Positions 8,503 through 17,891 of a stretch of DNA of 32,000 nt are shown piece by piece. The notes under the pieces were generated by a model. The model was not told the origin of the DNA. It saw only the letters and a program-made list of their open reading frames with translations, and did no database searches. Both the position numbers and the translations under genes were made by a program. The stretch comes from Alkanindiges illinoisensis DSM 15370 (GTDB lineage: Bacteria > Pseudomonadota > Gammaproteobacteria > Pseudomonadales > Moraxellaceae): NCBI RefSeq assembly GCF_000619845.1, contig NZ_KK211037.1:180001-212000 (forward strand). Direction: 5' to 3'. Numbering within the stretch: position 1 is the first letter of the stretch; the number at the start of each line of letters is the position of its first letter.

Positions 8503-8848
8503 GTTTGACTCCTTTGTGGATCTGTAGCCCAGATCCGGTAATTTTATAAATGCTGTTAAATACTGAGTAATTGCTTACATTTAGGGCAAGATGAGTAAAA
8601 ATACAAATAGATTCAGGCAATAGATACCAAATATATACAGGTTAATCTACTAAAATCATCATAATTCCGGGCTTTGCAGCAAACCCGTTAAAAAAAGGCC
8701 AGATTTCAAGCAACTAAATCCAAAATAGTGCTTTTTTATGACATTAAAACAGCCTTGGCAGTTCATGAATAAAATTTAATAAAGCATATTCAATTCAAGA
8801 GTACAGGACGTATAATCGCCACTTTCATTTTTGTCGTGGAAACGATGT

Positions 8849-11230
8849 ATGACTGAGCTGGTTCAACAACTGGCAAGCGAGCTTGCGGTTCGTCCTGCCC
8901 AAATTGAAGCGACCATTCGCTTGCTGGACGAGGGTGCCAGTGTTCCCTTCATTGCACGTTATCGCAAGGAAGTGACTGAAGGACTGGACGATACCCAGTT
9001 ACGTCAGCTGGAAGCACGTTTAATTTATTTACGCGACCTAAATGAACGCCGCCAGAAAATTATTGATTCGATCCGCAGTCAGGACAAGCTCAGCGATACT
9101 CTGTTGGCCCGCCTGAATGCTGCGGATAGCAAAACTGCGCTGGAAGACCTGTACCTGCCGTATCGTCCCAAGCGTACCAGTAAGGCAGCGCTTGCCCGCG
9201 AAGCTGGCCTTGAGCCCTATGCGCTAAAAATCTGGCAGGAAGACATTGACCCTGAAGCGGCACTGGCTGGTTTTGTTCCTGCAAGTGGCACTGAAGAGCG
9301 CTATCCTGATGTAGCCAGCCAGCTGGAAGCCATTCAGCATATTCTGGTGGACTTGTGGGCAACCCGGCTGGAACTCACCGAACCGCTCAAGCAGGGCTTT
9401 GCAGCAACTGCCCAACTGGTCAGCCGTCTGGCTGGTGAAGAAAAGCGCGAAGTCGGCAAGAAATTCCGTGATTATTTTGAGTCCAGCGAAAGTCTCGCCA
9501 AAGTGGCCAATCACCGTTTGCTCGCCATGCTGCGTGGTCGTCAGGAAAATGTGTTGACCCTAAAAGTGGACGGTGAAGATGCCCCACGTTTGGCCGAAAT
9601 TTTTGCTGATTTGCAACTCAATGAGATGCAGCCGGAATCACGCCAGCAATTTTTAAAACAAAGTGGCGAATTGCTTTGGCTGGGCAAGTTGCGCCCGCAT
9701 TTTGAACATTCACTGCTGACAGAAAAGCGTCTGGCTGCCGAAGCCGATGCGATGAAAGTGTTTGCAGAAAACCTGCGGCATTTGTTGCTGGCCGCGCCCG
9801 CTGGTGGCCGTTGCACGCTGGGGGTTGATCCAGGCATCCGTACCGGTGTTAAGCTGGCAGTCGTCAATAGTGCCGGTGATGTACTAGCACATAGCACCAT
9901 TTATCCATTTGCCCCGAAAAATGACACCGAAGGCGCGCTGGCCGAGCTTGAACGCCTGTGCCGTGAGCATCAGGTGGATCTGGTGGCGATTGGCAATGGC
10001 ACGGCCAGCCGTGAAACCGAAAACCTGCTGGGTGAGCTTGCTAAAAAGCATCCTGAATTAAACCTGACCCGCGTCACCGTGAGTGAAGCAGGGGCATCGG
10101 TTTATTCAGCCAGTGAACTGGCAGCGCAGGAGTTGCCTGAACTGGATGTCAGTATTCGTGGTGCGGTATCCATTGCGCGCCGTTTGCAGGACCCACTGGC
10201 CGAGCTGGTGAAAATTGATCCTAAATCCATTGGTGTTGGCCAGTATCAGCATGATGTGAACCAGACTGGACTGGCGCGCACACTGGATGCAGTGGTGGAA
10301 GACTGTGTGAATGCGGTGGGTGTTGATGTGAATACCGCATCGCCTGCCTTGCTGTCGCGCATTGCCGGTTTAAATAAAAACATTGCCCAGCAAATTGCGG
10401 ATTATCGCCGTGAACATGGCGTATTTAACAATCGCCAGCAATTGAAAAAAGTACCACGCCTGGGTGATCGTACCTTTGAACAGGCAGCAGGCTTTTTACG
10501 TATTCAGGATGGCGAAGCGCTGCTGGATCGTTCAGCGGTGCATCCGGAAAGTTACCCACTGGTTGAAAAAATTCTGGCCAAATTGGGCAAGAGTCTGGAG
10601 CAGGTGCTGGGCAAGGCGGATGTATTGTCCGGTATTAACGCCGAAGAATTTGTGGATGAGCAATACGGTTTGCCCACGGTGCAGGATGTGTTGAATGAAT
10701 TGTCTAGACCGGGACGTGATCCTCGTCCTGAGTTCCGTATGCCCAAATTCCGTGCGGATATTCAAAGCATGCAGGACTTAAACGACAATCTGGCCAATAG
10801 CACCCTGGTACTGGAAGGCGTGGTCACCAATGTTACCAATTTTGGTGCATTTGTTGATATTGGCGTGCATCAGGATGGCTTGATTCATGTGTCTGAGCTC
10901 TCCAGCCAGTTCGTGAATGACCCGCACAAAATTGTCAAACCCGGCCAGATTGTTCAGGTGCGGGTAATGAGCGTGGATGCTGAACGCAAGCGCATTAGCC
11001 TGAGCCTGCGCTTGAATCCGGAAGAAAAGCCGGAACGTGCGCCGCGTTCATTCAACAATGAGCAACGCAAGCAAGCCAAACCTGCAACCAGAAAATCCGG
11101 TGAGCATACGCCGAAGCGTCAGGATAGACCATCAGGCAAACCGCATGACAAGGCTGCCAAGCCCAGTGAGCCAAAAATTGGTGGACTGGGTGCCTTGTTG
11201 CTACAGGCCGGTGTAAAAAAATCGGGTTAA
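8849..11230 (+). CDS. tex: Transcription accessory protein Tex (S1 RNA-binding domain protein)
   Basis: N-terminus MTELVQQLASELAVRPAQIEATIRLLDEGASVPFIARYRKE aligns with E. coli YhgF/Tex. YqgF-like and HhH regions are present, with a C-terminal S1 domain (GVVTNVTNFGAFVDIG). The track start (TTG 8831) is replaced by the in-frame ATG at 8849. Confidence 0.95.
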   Translation: MTELVQQLASELAVRPAQIEATIRLLDEGASVPFIARYRKEVTEGLDDTQLRQLEARLIYLRDLNERRQKIIDSIRSQDKLSDTLLARLNAADSKTALEDLYLPYRPKRTSKAALAREAGLEPYALKIWQEDIDPEAALAGFVPASGTEERYPDVASQLEAIQHILVDLWATRLELTEPLKQGFAATAQLVSRLAGEEKREVGKKFRDYFESSESLAKVANHRLLAMLRGRQENVLTLKVDGEDAPRLAEIFADLQLNEMQPESRQQFLKQSGELLWLGKLRPHFEHSLLTEKRLAAEADAMKVFAENLRHLLLAAPAGGRCTLGVDPGIRTGVKLAVVNSAGDVLAHSTIYPFAPKNDTEGALAELERLCREHQVDLVAIGNGTASRETENLLGELAKKHPELNLTRVTVSEAGASVYSASELAAQELPELDVSIRGAVSIARRLQDPLAELVKIDPKSIGVGQYQHDVNQTGLARTLDAVVEDCVNAVGVDVNTASPALLSRIAGLNKNIAQQIADYRREHGVFNNRQQLKKVPRLGDRTFEQAAGFLRIQDGEALLDRSAVHPESYPLVEKILAKLGKSLEQVLGKADVLSGINAEEFVDEQYGLPTVQDVLNELSRPGRDPRPEFRMPKFRADIQSMQDLNDNLANSTLVLEGVVTNVTNFGAFVDIGVHQDGLIHVSELSSQFVNDPHKIVKPGQIVQVRVMSVDAERKRISLSLRLNPEEKPERAPRSFNNEQRKQAKPATRKSGEHTPKRQDRPSGKPHDKAAKPSEPKIGGLGALLLQAGVKKSG

Positions 11231-11278
11231 GCTAAAAAACCCGATAGCTTGATTCAAGGCTAAATAGTCTGATGAAAA

Positions 11279-11322
11279 GCCGGATACCTTGTCGACGTTA
11301 TGTCAGGGTGTCTGGCTTTTTT
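11279..11322 (+). terminator. Rho-independent terminator of tex
   Basis: 13-bp stem: gccggataccttg (11279-11291) pairs with cagggtgtctggc (11304-11316), including G:U pairs. TTTTTT follows at 11317-11322. Confidence 0.7.
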
Positions 11323-11350
11323 CGCTTTAATTGCTTGCGCAGAATAGTCA

Positions 11351-12181
11351 TTAATCGACAAACAGGTCTTTGGCCAGTCTATCTGTATGTTCTGGCGAAC
11401 AGGCATAATCGGCCAGATTGGTAATACCTGCCAGTTTAAGGGCTTGTTCATCCAGCAGGCTTTGGCCAGTCATGTGACCACAGGCACCGGTAATCAGGCT
11501 ATAGACGGCATCAGCCATGATGTCCGGCTTGCGACTCATGTGTTGTGCTGCCTCATGTCCAATATTCTCGCTTACTGCTGCGGTATTAATCAGGGTAGCT
11601 GGCCATAAGGTATTGCAACAAATTCCATCTGCCTTTAATTCTTCAGCCAGCCCCAGGGTGAGCAGGGTCATGCCGTATTTTGACAGCGCATATGGCCCAT
11701 ACAGGCCCAGCCAGTGTGCTGACAAGTTAATGGGCGGAGCAAAACTGATGATATGAGCTTGCCCTGATTGTTTCAGATAGGGGATGGCTGCTTTAGCGGC
11801 AATAAAGGTTGCGCGGTGATTAATCGATTGAATCAGGTCATATTTTTTAAGATCAGTGTGTTGGATATTGCCCAGATGAATCGCCCCGGCATTGTTAATC
11901 AGCACATCAAGCCCGCCAAAATGTTCAGCCGCCTGATCAATGGCTTGAGTAAGCTGTAGTGCATCGCGTACATCAACCTGTAATGGCAAAACCTGCGCGC
12001 CAAGCTGACGAATTTCTTCAGCAACAGTATAAATTGAGCCGCCCAACTTTGGGTGCGGTTCGGCAGATTTGGCAGCAATTACAATATTGGCACCAGCCTG
12101 TGCACACCGTAATGCCACAGCCCGGCCAATGCCACGGCTGCCTCCGGTAATAAATATCGTGGTGTTGTCCAGTGGTTTCAT
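11351..12181 (-). CDS. Short-chain dehydrogenase/reductase, HSDL2-like subfamily
   Basis: TGGSRGIGRA cofactor motif and catalytic YALSK. There is long colinear resemblance to my recollection of the human HSDL2 SDR domain (ANIVIAAK..PHPKL.G.IY..AEEI, NTLWP...I.TAA). Confidence 0.8.
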   Translation of the reverse strand: MKPLDNTTIFITGGSRGIGRAVALRCAQAGANIVIAAKSAEPHPKLGGSIYTVAEEIRQLGAQVLPLQVDVRDALQLTQAIDQAAEHFGGLDVLINNAGAIHLGNIQHTDLKKYDLIQSINHRATFIAAKAAIPYLKQSGQAHIISFAPPINLSAHWLGLYGPYALSKYGMTLLTLGLAEELKADGICCNTLWPATLINTAAVSENIGHEAAQHMSRKPDIMADAVYSLITGACGHMTGQSLLDEQALKLAGITNLADYACSPEHTDRLAKDLFVD

Positions 12182-12217
12182 GGTTTAGCATTCCCTGTTT
12201 GATATAAAAAATAAGCC

Positions 12218-13519
12218 TTAGCTGGCAATATAGGCCGGATGGTTTTTTTCAGGTTGAATGACCTTATGGCCCTTTTTACCAAACGTGGCCATATAATTTA
12301 ACTGGGCCTGCCGTCCGCGCCGTTGCTGCCAGGTTTTAAGCACAGGAAGCCGGCGTTGAATGCGGTAACTCATAAGATTTTGTGGAATCAAGAATGCCGG
12401 AAACCAGGGCAGCACATATTTGGGCAAGCCCAGTTGCTGCATTTTTTGTGCACTTAGGAACAGGCGGGAAATGCTTAGGTGCTTATGATAGTCATAATGC
12501 CTTTGCAGGGTTTGCCAGCGTTTAAATTCCTTTTCCAACGGCTCTTGCGACAAGGCTGACCCCAGGGCCTGACTGGTCCAATCCGGTGCAGCTTGAGTGA
12601 ATAAGCTCTGATAAAGCAGGATATGGCCATCCCGTTCGCAATCTACCAGCCAGCGTGGATCGACCCCCATCAGCCAGCCCAGATATTTCCAGAAATGCAT
12701 GACAGCTTGTGATTCCTGTCGGGTTGGCACAATGCCCAGACCACGCAAGCCCAGCAGGAACAGGCTACAAAAGGCCAGATTGGTTGCTGCCATGTCGATC
12801 TGGCAAATGGGCAAACCCCAGTGCTCTGCATTCCACTCCGGCTTGCGGTGCAGGTTACGGCGTACCAGTGCATGAATCAGCCGGACATGGATTGTGGATT
12901 TAAAGCCGGCGGAAAACCGTTCCAAGCCTTGAGGAGCAGTGCAATCCATCCACCATTTACTGGTTTCAGCCAGCCGCTGGGATGCTCCCTTGTTTAATGC
13001 GCCAGTCATCACCAATGCCTGATTAAAGCCTGCCAGTAAATAGCCACCCATCAGGGCCAGATCGCGCAACACATAATTGGCATTCAGGCCAACAGAATGC
13101 ATAAACGCAACGGCCTGCTGCAACTGTGCCTGATCCAGCCAGTCGGGTTGGGTTTCCACATGGGCAAAAAATTGTTGCAGAAGGTCAGGGCAATTCTTAA
13201 TTGATGCAGTGCCTTCATGCAGCGCTTGTTCAAACAACTGCTTGCGCTGTCGGGTATTGTCCTCAAACAGCCAGTCCACCAGGGCATCCATCAACGCATC
13301 GCCCTGCCACAAGCCATCAATTAACTGCTGATACTGCTGTTCAGTCATCATAATGGGCTGTTGCAGTAATTTTTCCAGCAATGCCAGCACGGGTAAAAAG
13401 CGGCGAGTGTGCTGAAAGCTTTTTGCCCGCTTGGGCACTGGGCGTGATTCGAGCGTGTTCATCGGGAAGGCCACGATAAGAAAAGGATGGGTTTTATCAT
13501 AATGCGAATAATAATTCAT
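12218..13519 (-). CDS. MpaB/DUF2236-like oxygenase family protein (start uncertain)
   Basis: The central region (VRLIHALVRRNL...WGLPICQIDMAATNLAF) matches my memory of the DUF2236/MpaB catalytic domain. It sits 36 bp upstream of the SDR gene on the same strand. Candidate starts are TTG 13525, ATG 13519 and ATG 13462. None has a strong SD. Confidence 0.55.
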   Translation of the reverse strand: MNYYSHYDKTHPFLIVAFPMNTLESRPVPKRAKSFQHTRRFLPVLALLEKLLQQPIMMTEQQYQQLIDGLWQGDALMDALVDWLFEDNTRQRKQLFEQALHEGTASIKNCPDLLQQFFAHVETQPDWLDQAQLQQAVAFMHSVGLNANYVLRDLALMGGYLLAGFNQALVMTGALNKGASQRLAETSKWWMDCTAPQGLERFSAGFKSTIHVRLIHALVRRNLHRKPEWNAEHWGLPICQIDMAATNLAFCSLFLLGLRGLGIVPTRQESQAVMHFWKYLGWLMGVDPRWLVDCERDGHILLYQSLFTQAAPDWTSQALGSALSQEPLEKEFKRWQTLQRHYDYHKHLSISRLFLSAQKMQQLGLPKYVLPWFPAFLIPQNLMSYRIQRRLPVLKTWQQRRGRQAQLNYMATFGKKGHKVIQPEKNHPAYIAS

Positions 13520-13584
13520 ATACAACTCGCATTTATTTTTTAAGAATTTAGCTTATCAATTTACTGTTATTTAATGTTTTTATG

Positions 13585-13625
13585 AAAATAAAAAAGCTGT
13601 ATGGCAAATGAACACCATACAGCTT
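13585..13625 (-). terminator. Rho-independent terminator of acr1
   Basis: aaagctgtatgg (13593-13604) pairs with ccatacagcttt (13614-13625). On the minus strand the stem is followed by a T-run. Confidence 0.7.
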
Positions 13626-13701
13626 TCATGTTTGATCTAGTCAATAATAGTAAAAAACCAGATTAAATGCCTTAAAACTGTTTTTTTACTAATTGGTTAA
13701 C

Positions 13702-14604
13702 TTACCAGTGTTCACCTGGAACCAGACGGGCGAAGGCACGTTGCGCCAGATTCAGCTTGCCTGCTTTTTTGCTCTTACTGTCGCCAACGGCTGCTGTAGA
13801 GCTTGGGAACAACTGATAACCGACTGACATCACAAAGTCATTGAACTTGGGCACCAGCGCATAGCTGACCGCAGCAAAGGTACCCACTTTGGTGGCAATG
13901 CTCTTTGGCTTCTTGATAATGGCCTTTGCCACCATATCTGCCGCTTGTTCAGGCGACAGGGTAGGCACATATTTATACATTTTGGTAGGCGCAATCATTG
14001 GCGTGCGCACCAATGGCATATAAATAGAGGTTAACTGAATGTTATGGGCATGCACTTCGGCAGACAGGCAGCGGCTAAAGGCATCCAGTGCCGCCTTGGA
14101 CGCCACATAAGCAGAAAAACGGGTGGCATTGGCCAGCACACCAATGGAGCTGATATTAATAATATGACCGTTTTTGCGGTTAATCATGTGAGGCAGCACG
14201 CTCAAAATCAGGCGCACGGCACCAAAGTAATTCAGCTGCATGGTGCGTTCAAAATCATGGAAGCGCTCAACGGATTCTTCCACGGCACGGCGGATCGAGC
14301 GCCCGGCATTATTCACCAGAATGTCAATATGACCGACTTCAGCCAGAATTTTCTGGGCACATTCATCAATTGACGTCATGTCATTGAGGTCACAAGGAAA
14401 TACGGATGCCTTACCGCCAGCCTGTTCAATTTCCTGTTTCACTTCTTCCAGTTTTTCACGGGTACGCGCTACCAGCAACACGTGGGCACCTGCACCTGCC
14501 AATTGCTTGGCAACAGTTAAACCGATACCACTGGAAGCACCAGTAATCAAGGCAACTTTATCCTTAACCACTTTGGGTAACATCTTTTGAATCTGGCTGG
14601 CCAT
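13702..14604 (-). CDS. acr1: Fatty acyl-CoA reductase, Acr1-type SDR (wax-ester pathway)
   Basis: Near-colinear with my recollection of Acinetobacter baylyi Acr1 (KVALITGASSGIG, FHDFERTMQLNYFGAVRL, INISSIGVLANATRFSAYVASKAALDAFSRCLSAEV, C-terminal PGEHW). The ATG at 14604 gives the Acr1-like length, so I prefer it over the track start at 14649. Confidence 0.85.
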   Translation of the reverse strand: MASQIQKMLPKVVKDKVALITGASSGIGLTVAKQLAGAGAHVLLVARTREKLEEVKQEIEQAGGKASVFPCDLNDMTSIDECAQKILAEVGHIDILVNNAGRSIRRAVEESVERFHDFERTMQLNYFGAVRLILSVLPHMINRKNGHIINISSIGVLANATRFSAYVASKAALDAFSRCLSAEVHAHNIQLTSIYMPLVRTPMIAPTKMYKYVPTLSPEQAADMVAKAIIKKPKSIATKVGTFAAVSYALVPKFNDFVMSVGYQLFPSSTAAVGDSKSKKAGKLNLAQRAFARLVPGEHW

Positions 14605-15088
14605 ATTTAAGTCTCTTTCAAAAAAAGCAATATAAAAAATTCCAGGCATTTATGTAGTTTTGCCTAAATATATAGTTATAAAAATTTCAAAAAAAATATA
14701 CACCTTTCGTCGGATTAAAATTTAACCTTTATATAATTAAGTAATTGATATAAATATAATTTAATTATTAATCCTAGAGTAATTATTCTAAAAAATTGTA
14801 CAAAAAATAATCGAGCCTTTACTCTATTATCTAAACTACATACATTTTTAATACGTATAAAAAATAAACTACTTTAAAACGTTACTTTATAAGCTGCCAA
14901 GGTGAAGTGTAAAAGTTTGCTCCCAATAAAATTATGGCATTGCGCAGTTGCTTTACATGAGTTTTGCCAGAAATCCGCTATACTATGCGCCAAATTTGTT
15001 CCAATGCTTTTTGTTCAGCGTTTTTATTCTAGCGATTTAAGTGTGGTGAAGTGATTTTCACTGCAAAGAAGTAATTTAGGAGTCCTAC

Positions 15089-16750
15089 GTGGCCCAATAT
15101 ATTTATACCATGAACAAGGTATCCAAGCTGGTTCCGCCCAAGCGCGAAATCCTCAAGGATATCTCTTTATCGTTTTTTCCGGGTGCCAAGATTGGTGTGC
15201 TGGGTCTAAATGGTGCCGGTAAATCAACCTTGCTGAAGATCATGGCGGGTGTTGACAAGGATTTTAATGGTGAAGCGCGTGCCCAGCCCGGCATCAAGAT
15301 TGGCTATCTGGAGCAGGAACCGCATCTGGACCCGGCCAAGGATGTGCGTGGCAATGTTGAAGATGGCCTGCGCGAGCCGCTGGATGCACTGGCACGTCTG
15401 GATGAGGTGTTTGCCGAATATGCCGCCGAAGATGCCGACTTTGATGCATTGGCCAAAGAACAGGAAAAGCTGGAAGCAATAATTCAGACCTGGGATGCCC
15501 ACAACCTGAATAACCAGATGGAACAAGCTGCTGATGCCTTGCGTTTGCCAGCCTGGGATGCTGATGTCAACAAGCTGTCCGGTGGTGAGCGCCGCCGTGT
15601 GGCACTGTGCCGTTTGCTGCTGTCCAAGCCCGACATGCTGCTCCTAGACGAACCAACCAACCATTTGGATGCCGAGTCCGTATCGTGGCTGGAACGCTTC
15701 CTTAAAGACTTTGCCGGCACCATTGTGGCCATTACCCACGACCGTTACTTCCTCGATAATGTGGCCGAGTGGATTCTGGAACTGGACCGTGGTCATGGCA
15801 TTCCGTATCAGGGCAACTATACCAACTGGCTGGAACAGAAAACTGCCCGTTTAGAGCAGGAACAAAAGCAGGAAGAAGCTTTTGCCAAAGCCCTGAAACA
15901 CGAGCTGGAATGGGTGCGCAAGAATGCCAAGGGCCAGCAGGCCAAATCCAAGGCACGTATTGAGCGCTTTGAAGAGCTGAACTCGCGCGAATTCCAGCAG
16001 CGCAATGAAACCGCTGAAATTTATATTCCGCCTGGCCCCCGTCTGGGTAACAAGGTGATTGAAGTTGAAAATATCAGCAAGTCCTTTGGTGACCGTTTGC
16101 TGTATGAAGGCTTAAGCTTTAGCGTTCCACCAACTGGTATTGTAGGTATTGTTGGCCCCAATGGTGCCGGTAAAACCACCCTGTTCCGCATGATTACCGG
16201 TGAAGACAAGCCGGATACTGGATCAGTGAGTGTGGGTGAAAGCGTCAAGGTGGCCTATGTTGGCCAGATGCGTGACACACTCGACCCTAAAAAAACCGTC
16301 TGGGAAGAAGTATCTGACGGGCTGGATATTATTACCATTGGTGAATACTCCACACCGTCACGTGCCTACATTGGCCGCTTTAATTTTAAGGGTCAGGATC
16401 AGCAAAAACGCGTTGGCGAGCTGTCCGGTGGTGAGCGTAACCGTCTGCAACTGGCCAAGACCCTGCGTCAGGGCGCTAACGTCATTTTGCTTGATGAACC
16501 ATCCAACGATCTGGACGTTGAAACCCTGCGTGCGCTGGAAGAAGCCATTCAGGTTTTCCCGGGCAGCGTGCTGGTGGTTTCGCATGATCGCTGGTTCCTT
16601 GACCGGATTGCCACGCATATTCTGGCGTTTGAAGATGAAGGCCCGCAGTGGTTTAATGGCAACTATAGTGAATATGAAGCCTACCGCAAAAAAATGCTGG
16701 GTAACGATGCCGGACCAAAGCGTGCCAAGTACAAGAAAATTGGTGGCTAG
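15089..16750 (+). CDS. ettA: Energy-dependent translational throttle protein EttA (ABC-F ATPase)
   Basis: Colinear with E. coli EttA from the first residue (MAQYIYTM... versus MAQFVYTM...). It has two ABC cassettes (GLNGAGKST and GPNGAGKTT, two LSGGE signatures). GTG start with AGGAG 7 nt upstream. Confidence 0.95.
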   Translation: MAQYIYTMNKVSKLVPPKREILKDISLSFFPGAKIGVLGLNGAGKSTLLKIMAGVDKDFNGEARAQPGIKIGYLEQEPHLDPAKDVRGNVEDGLREPLDALARLDEVFAEYAAEDADFDALAKEQEKLEAIIQTWDAHNLNNQMEQAADALRLPAWDADVNKLSGGERRRVALCRLLLSKPDMLLLDEPTNHLDAESVSWLERFLKDFAGTIVAITHDRYFLDNVAEWILELDRGHGIPYQGNYTNWLEQKTARLEQEQKQEEAFAKALKHELEWVRKNAKGQQAKSKARIERFEELNSREFQQRNETAEIYIPPGPRLGNKVIEVENISKSFGDRLLYEGLSFSVPPTGIVGIVGPNGAGKTTLFRMITGEDKPDTGSVSVGESVKVAYVGQMRDTLDPKKTVWEEVSDGLDIITIGEYSTPSRAYIGRFNFKGQDQQKRVGELSGGERNRLQLAKTLRQGANVILLDEPSNDLDVETLRALEEAIQVFPGSVLVVSHDRWFLDRIATHILAFEDEGPQWFNGNYSEYEAYRKKMLGNDAGPKRAKYKKIGG

Positions 16751-16774
16751 AAGTATCTAGTGACCAATATCAGG

Positions 16775-16802
16775 AAAAGGCGCCCAGTTGCGCCTTTTTT
16801 AA
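16775..16802 (+). terminator. Rho-independent terminator of ettA
   Basis: aaaaggcgc / gcgcctttt stem around the loop ccagtt, followed by a T-run (16795-16800). Confidence 0.75.
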
Positions 16803-16857
16803 TTAACCAACATAAGAGAAAGTTTAATTAGTTTAGAAAATATCGGGGTATTTACAG

Positions 16858-17178
16858 ATGAATATTAGTTTAATGATAAGAGCGGCTTTACTGAGTGTGC
16901 TTATGTTAATGGCCAGCCAAATTGCTATGGCACGTGAGTTACTGACCGAAGATCAGCTACGCCAGGTTGCTGAAAACGTAGCGACTAACAATCAATATGG
17001 GCAGCCTATTAATTATTTACAACGAACTGCTGAGCAGGATAAGGACAATAAACTGCAACGCCAACCAGTCGTATTTACAGGGCGACAGTCAGCATTACTC
17101 AGTGGACAAACTACCCCGGCAATTGTAGCGGAAGAAAATTATCGTGACCGGTTGCTCTCGGGTGCACTCCTGTATTAA
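16858..17178 (+). CDS. Small secreted hypothetical protein
   Basis: 106-aa ORF with a signal-peptide-like N-terminus (MNISLMIRAALLSVLMLMASQIAMA|RE). The mature part is polar and Q-rich. I recognise no family. Confidence 0.5.
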   Translation: MNISLMIRAALLSVLMLMASQIAMARELLTEDQLRQVAENVATNNQYGQPINYLQRTAEQDKDNKLQRQPVVFTGRQSALLSGQTTPAIVAEENYRDRLLSGALLY

Positions 17179-17373
17179 AGAAGTTATATGTGGATCGTTT
17201 AACCTGTGTGGTTAGCGTTCTGATAAAACGCTAGTTAAAGTTCAGGTTTTTATACAACTACAGGTTTATGTAAACAATTATTATATTTATCAGTGAAATG
17301 ATAAGCGGCGTAAATTTAATCATTGCTTGTTTTATACTCGGTTTAAATCAACTTTAACGGGTGAGACATAAAA

Positions 17374-17802
17374 ATGATTAAGCCGCGATTAATTTACCTG
17401 TCTAGTATGGGATTATTGCTGGGTAGTACCTTATTTTCTTCTTTGGGCTATGCAGCCACCGAACTGTCAGACCGTGCCTTGCGCCATGAAACAGAAGCCA
17501 ATCCAGCTCAGGCCAATGTTGCAGATGTGCTGGATTGTCCTAAAGACATGCGTGAGGCAGAATGTACCCGGTTGCAATATGAGCGTTATGCCAATCAGAC
17601 CGATCGCTCTTATAATGAATTCTTGAAGAATGAAACCACCAACCCGCTACGTAATCGGGTCATTAAGCAGCCTTTATTAACCCAGCCGCTGGACAATCCT
17701 AGTGCGCCAGCCGAGCCACGTCCTAATCTAAACAATATGCTTAATCAGCTCAAAACATTGCCTGATCGTTTGCCGCCAACCAGTATTGGTACACAGCCCT
17801 AG
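17374..17802 (+). CDS. Small secreted hypothetical protein (two Cys, Pro/Asn-rich C-terminus)
   Basis: 142-aa ORF with GGTGAG SD and signal peptide MIKPRLIYLSSMGLLLGSTLFSSLGYA|AT. The mature part contains CPKDMREAEC and a low-complexity P/N/L-rich tail. I recognise no family. Confidence 0.5.
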   Translation: MIKPRLIYLSSMGLLLGSTLFSSLGYAATELSDRALRHETEANPAQANVADVLDCPKDMREAECTRLQYERYANQTDRSYNEFLKNETTNPLRNRVIKQPLLTQPLDNPSAPAEPRPNLNNMLNQLKTLPDRLPPTSIGTQP

Positions 17803-17891
17803 CCAGAAATCCTCTAATCAGGCAACTGTGCGCTTATTCGCAGCTTCTAAATAAAGTGTAATATTGTATAGCTTTTCTAAATGATTGGCGC

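Noticed and set aside
11219-11246. Hairpin atcgggtt/aacccgat spanning the tex stop codon, considered as the tex terminator.
   Set aside because: It has no downstream T-run on the plus strand. The 13-bp stem plus T6 at 11279-11322 is a much better terminator. It might act on the minus strand for the SDR gene, but it lies inside tex.
15004-15054. 16-codon ORF (MLFVQRFYSSDLSVVK) in the ettA leader, considered as an attenuation leader peptide of the kind seen for ARE-type ABC-F genes.
   Set aside because: It has no SD, no clear terminator/antiterminator pair downstream (only 5-bp stems), and ettA is not an antibiotic-resistance ABC-F.
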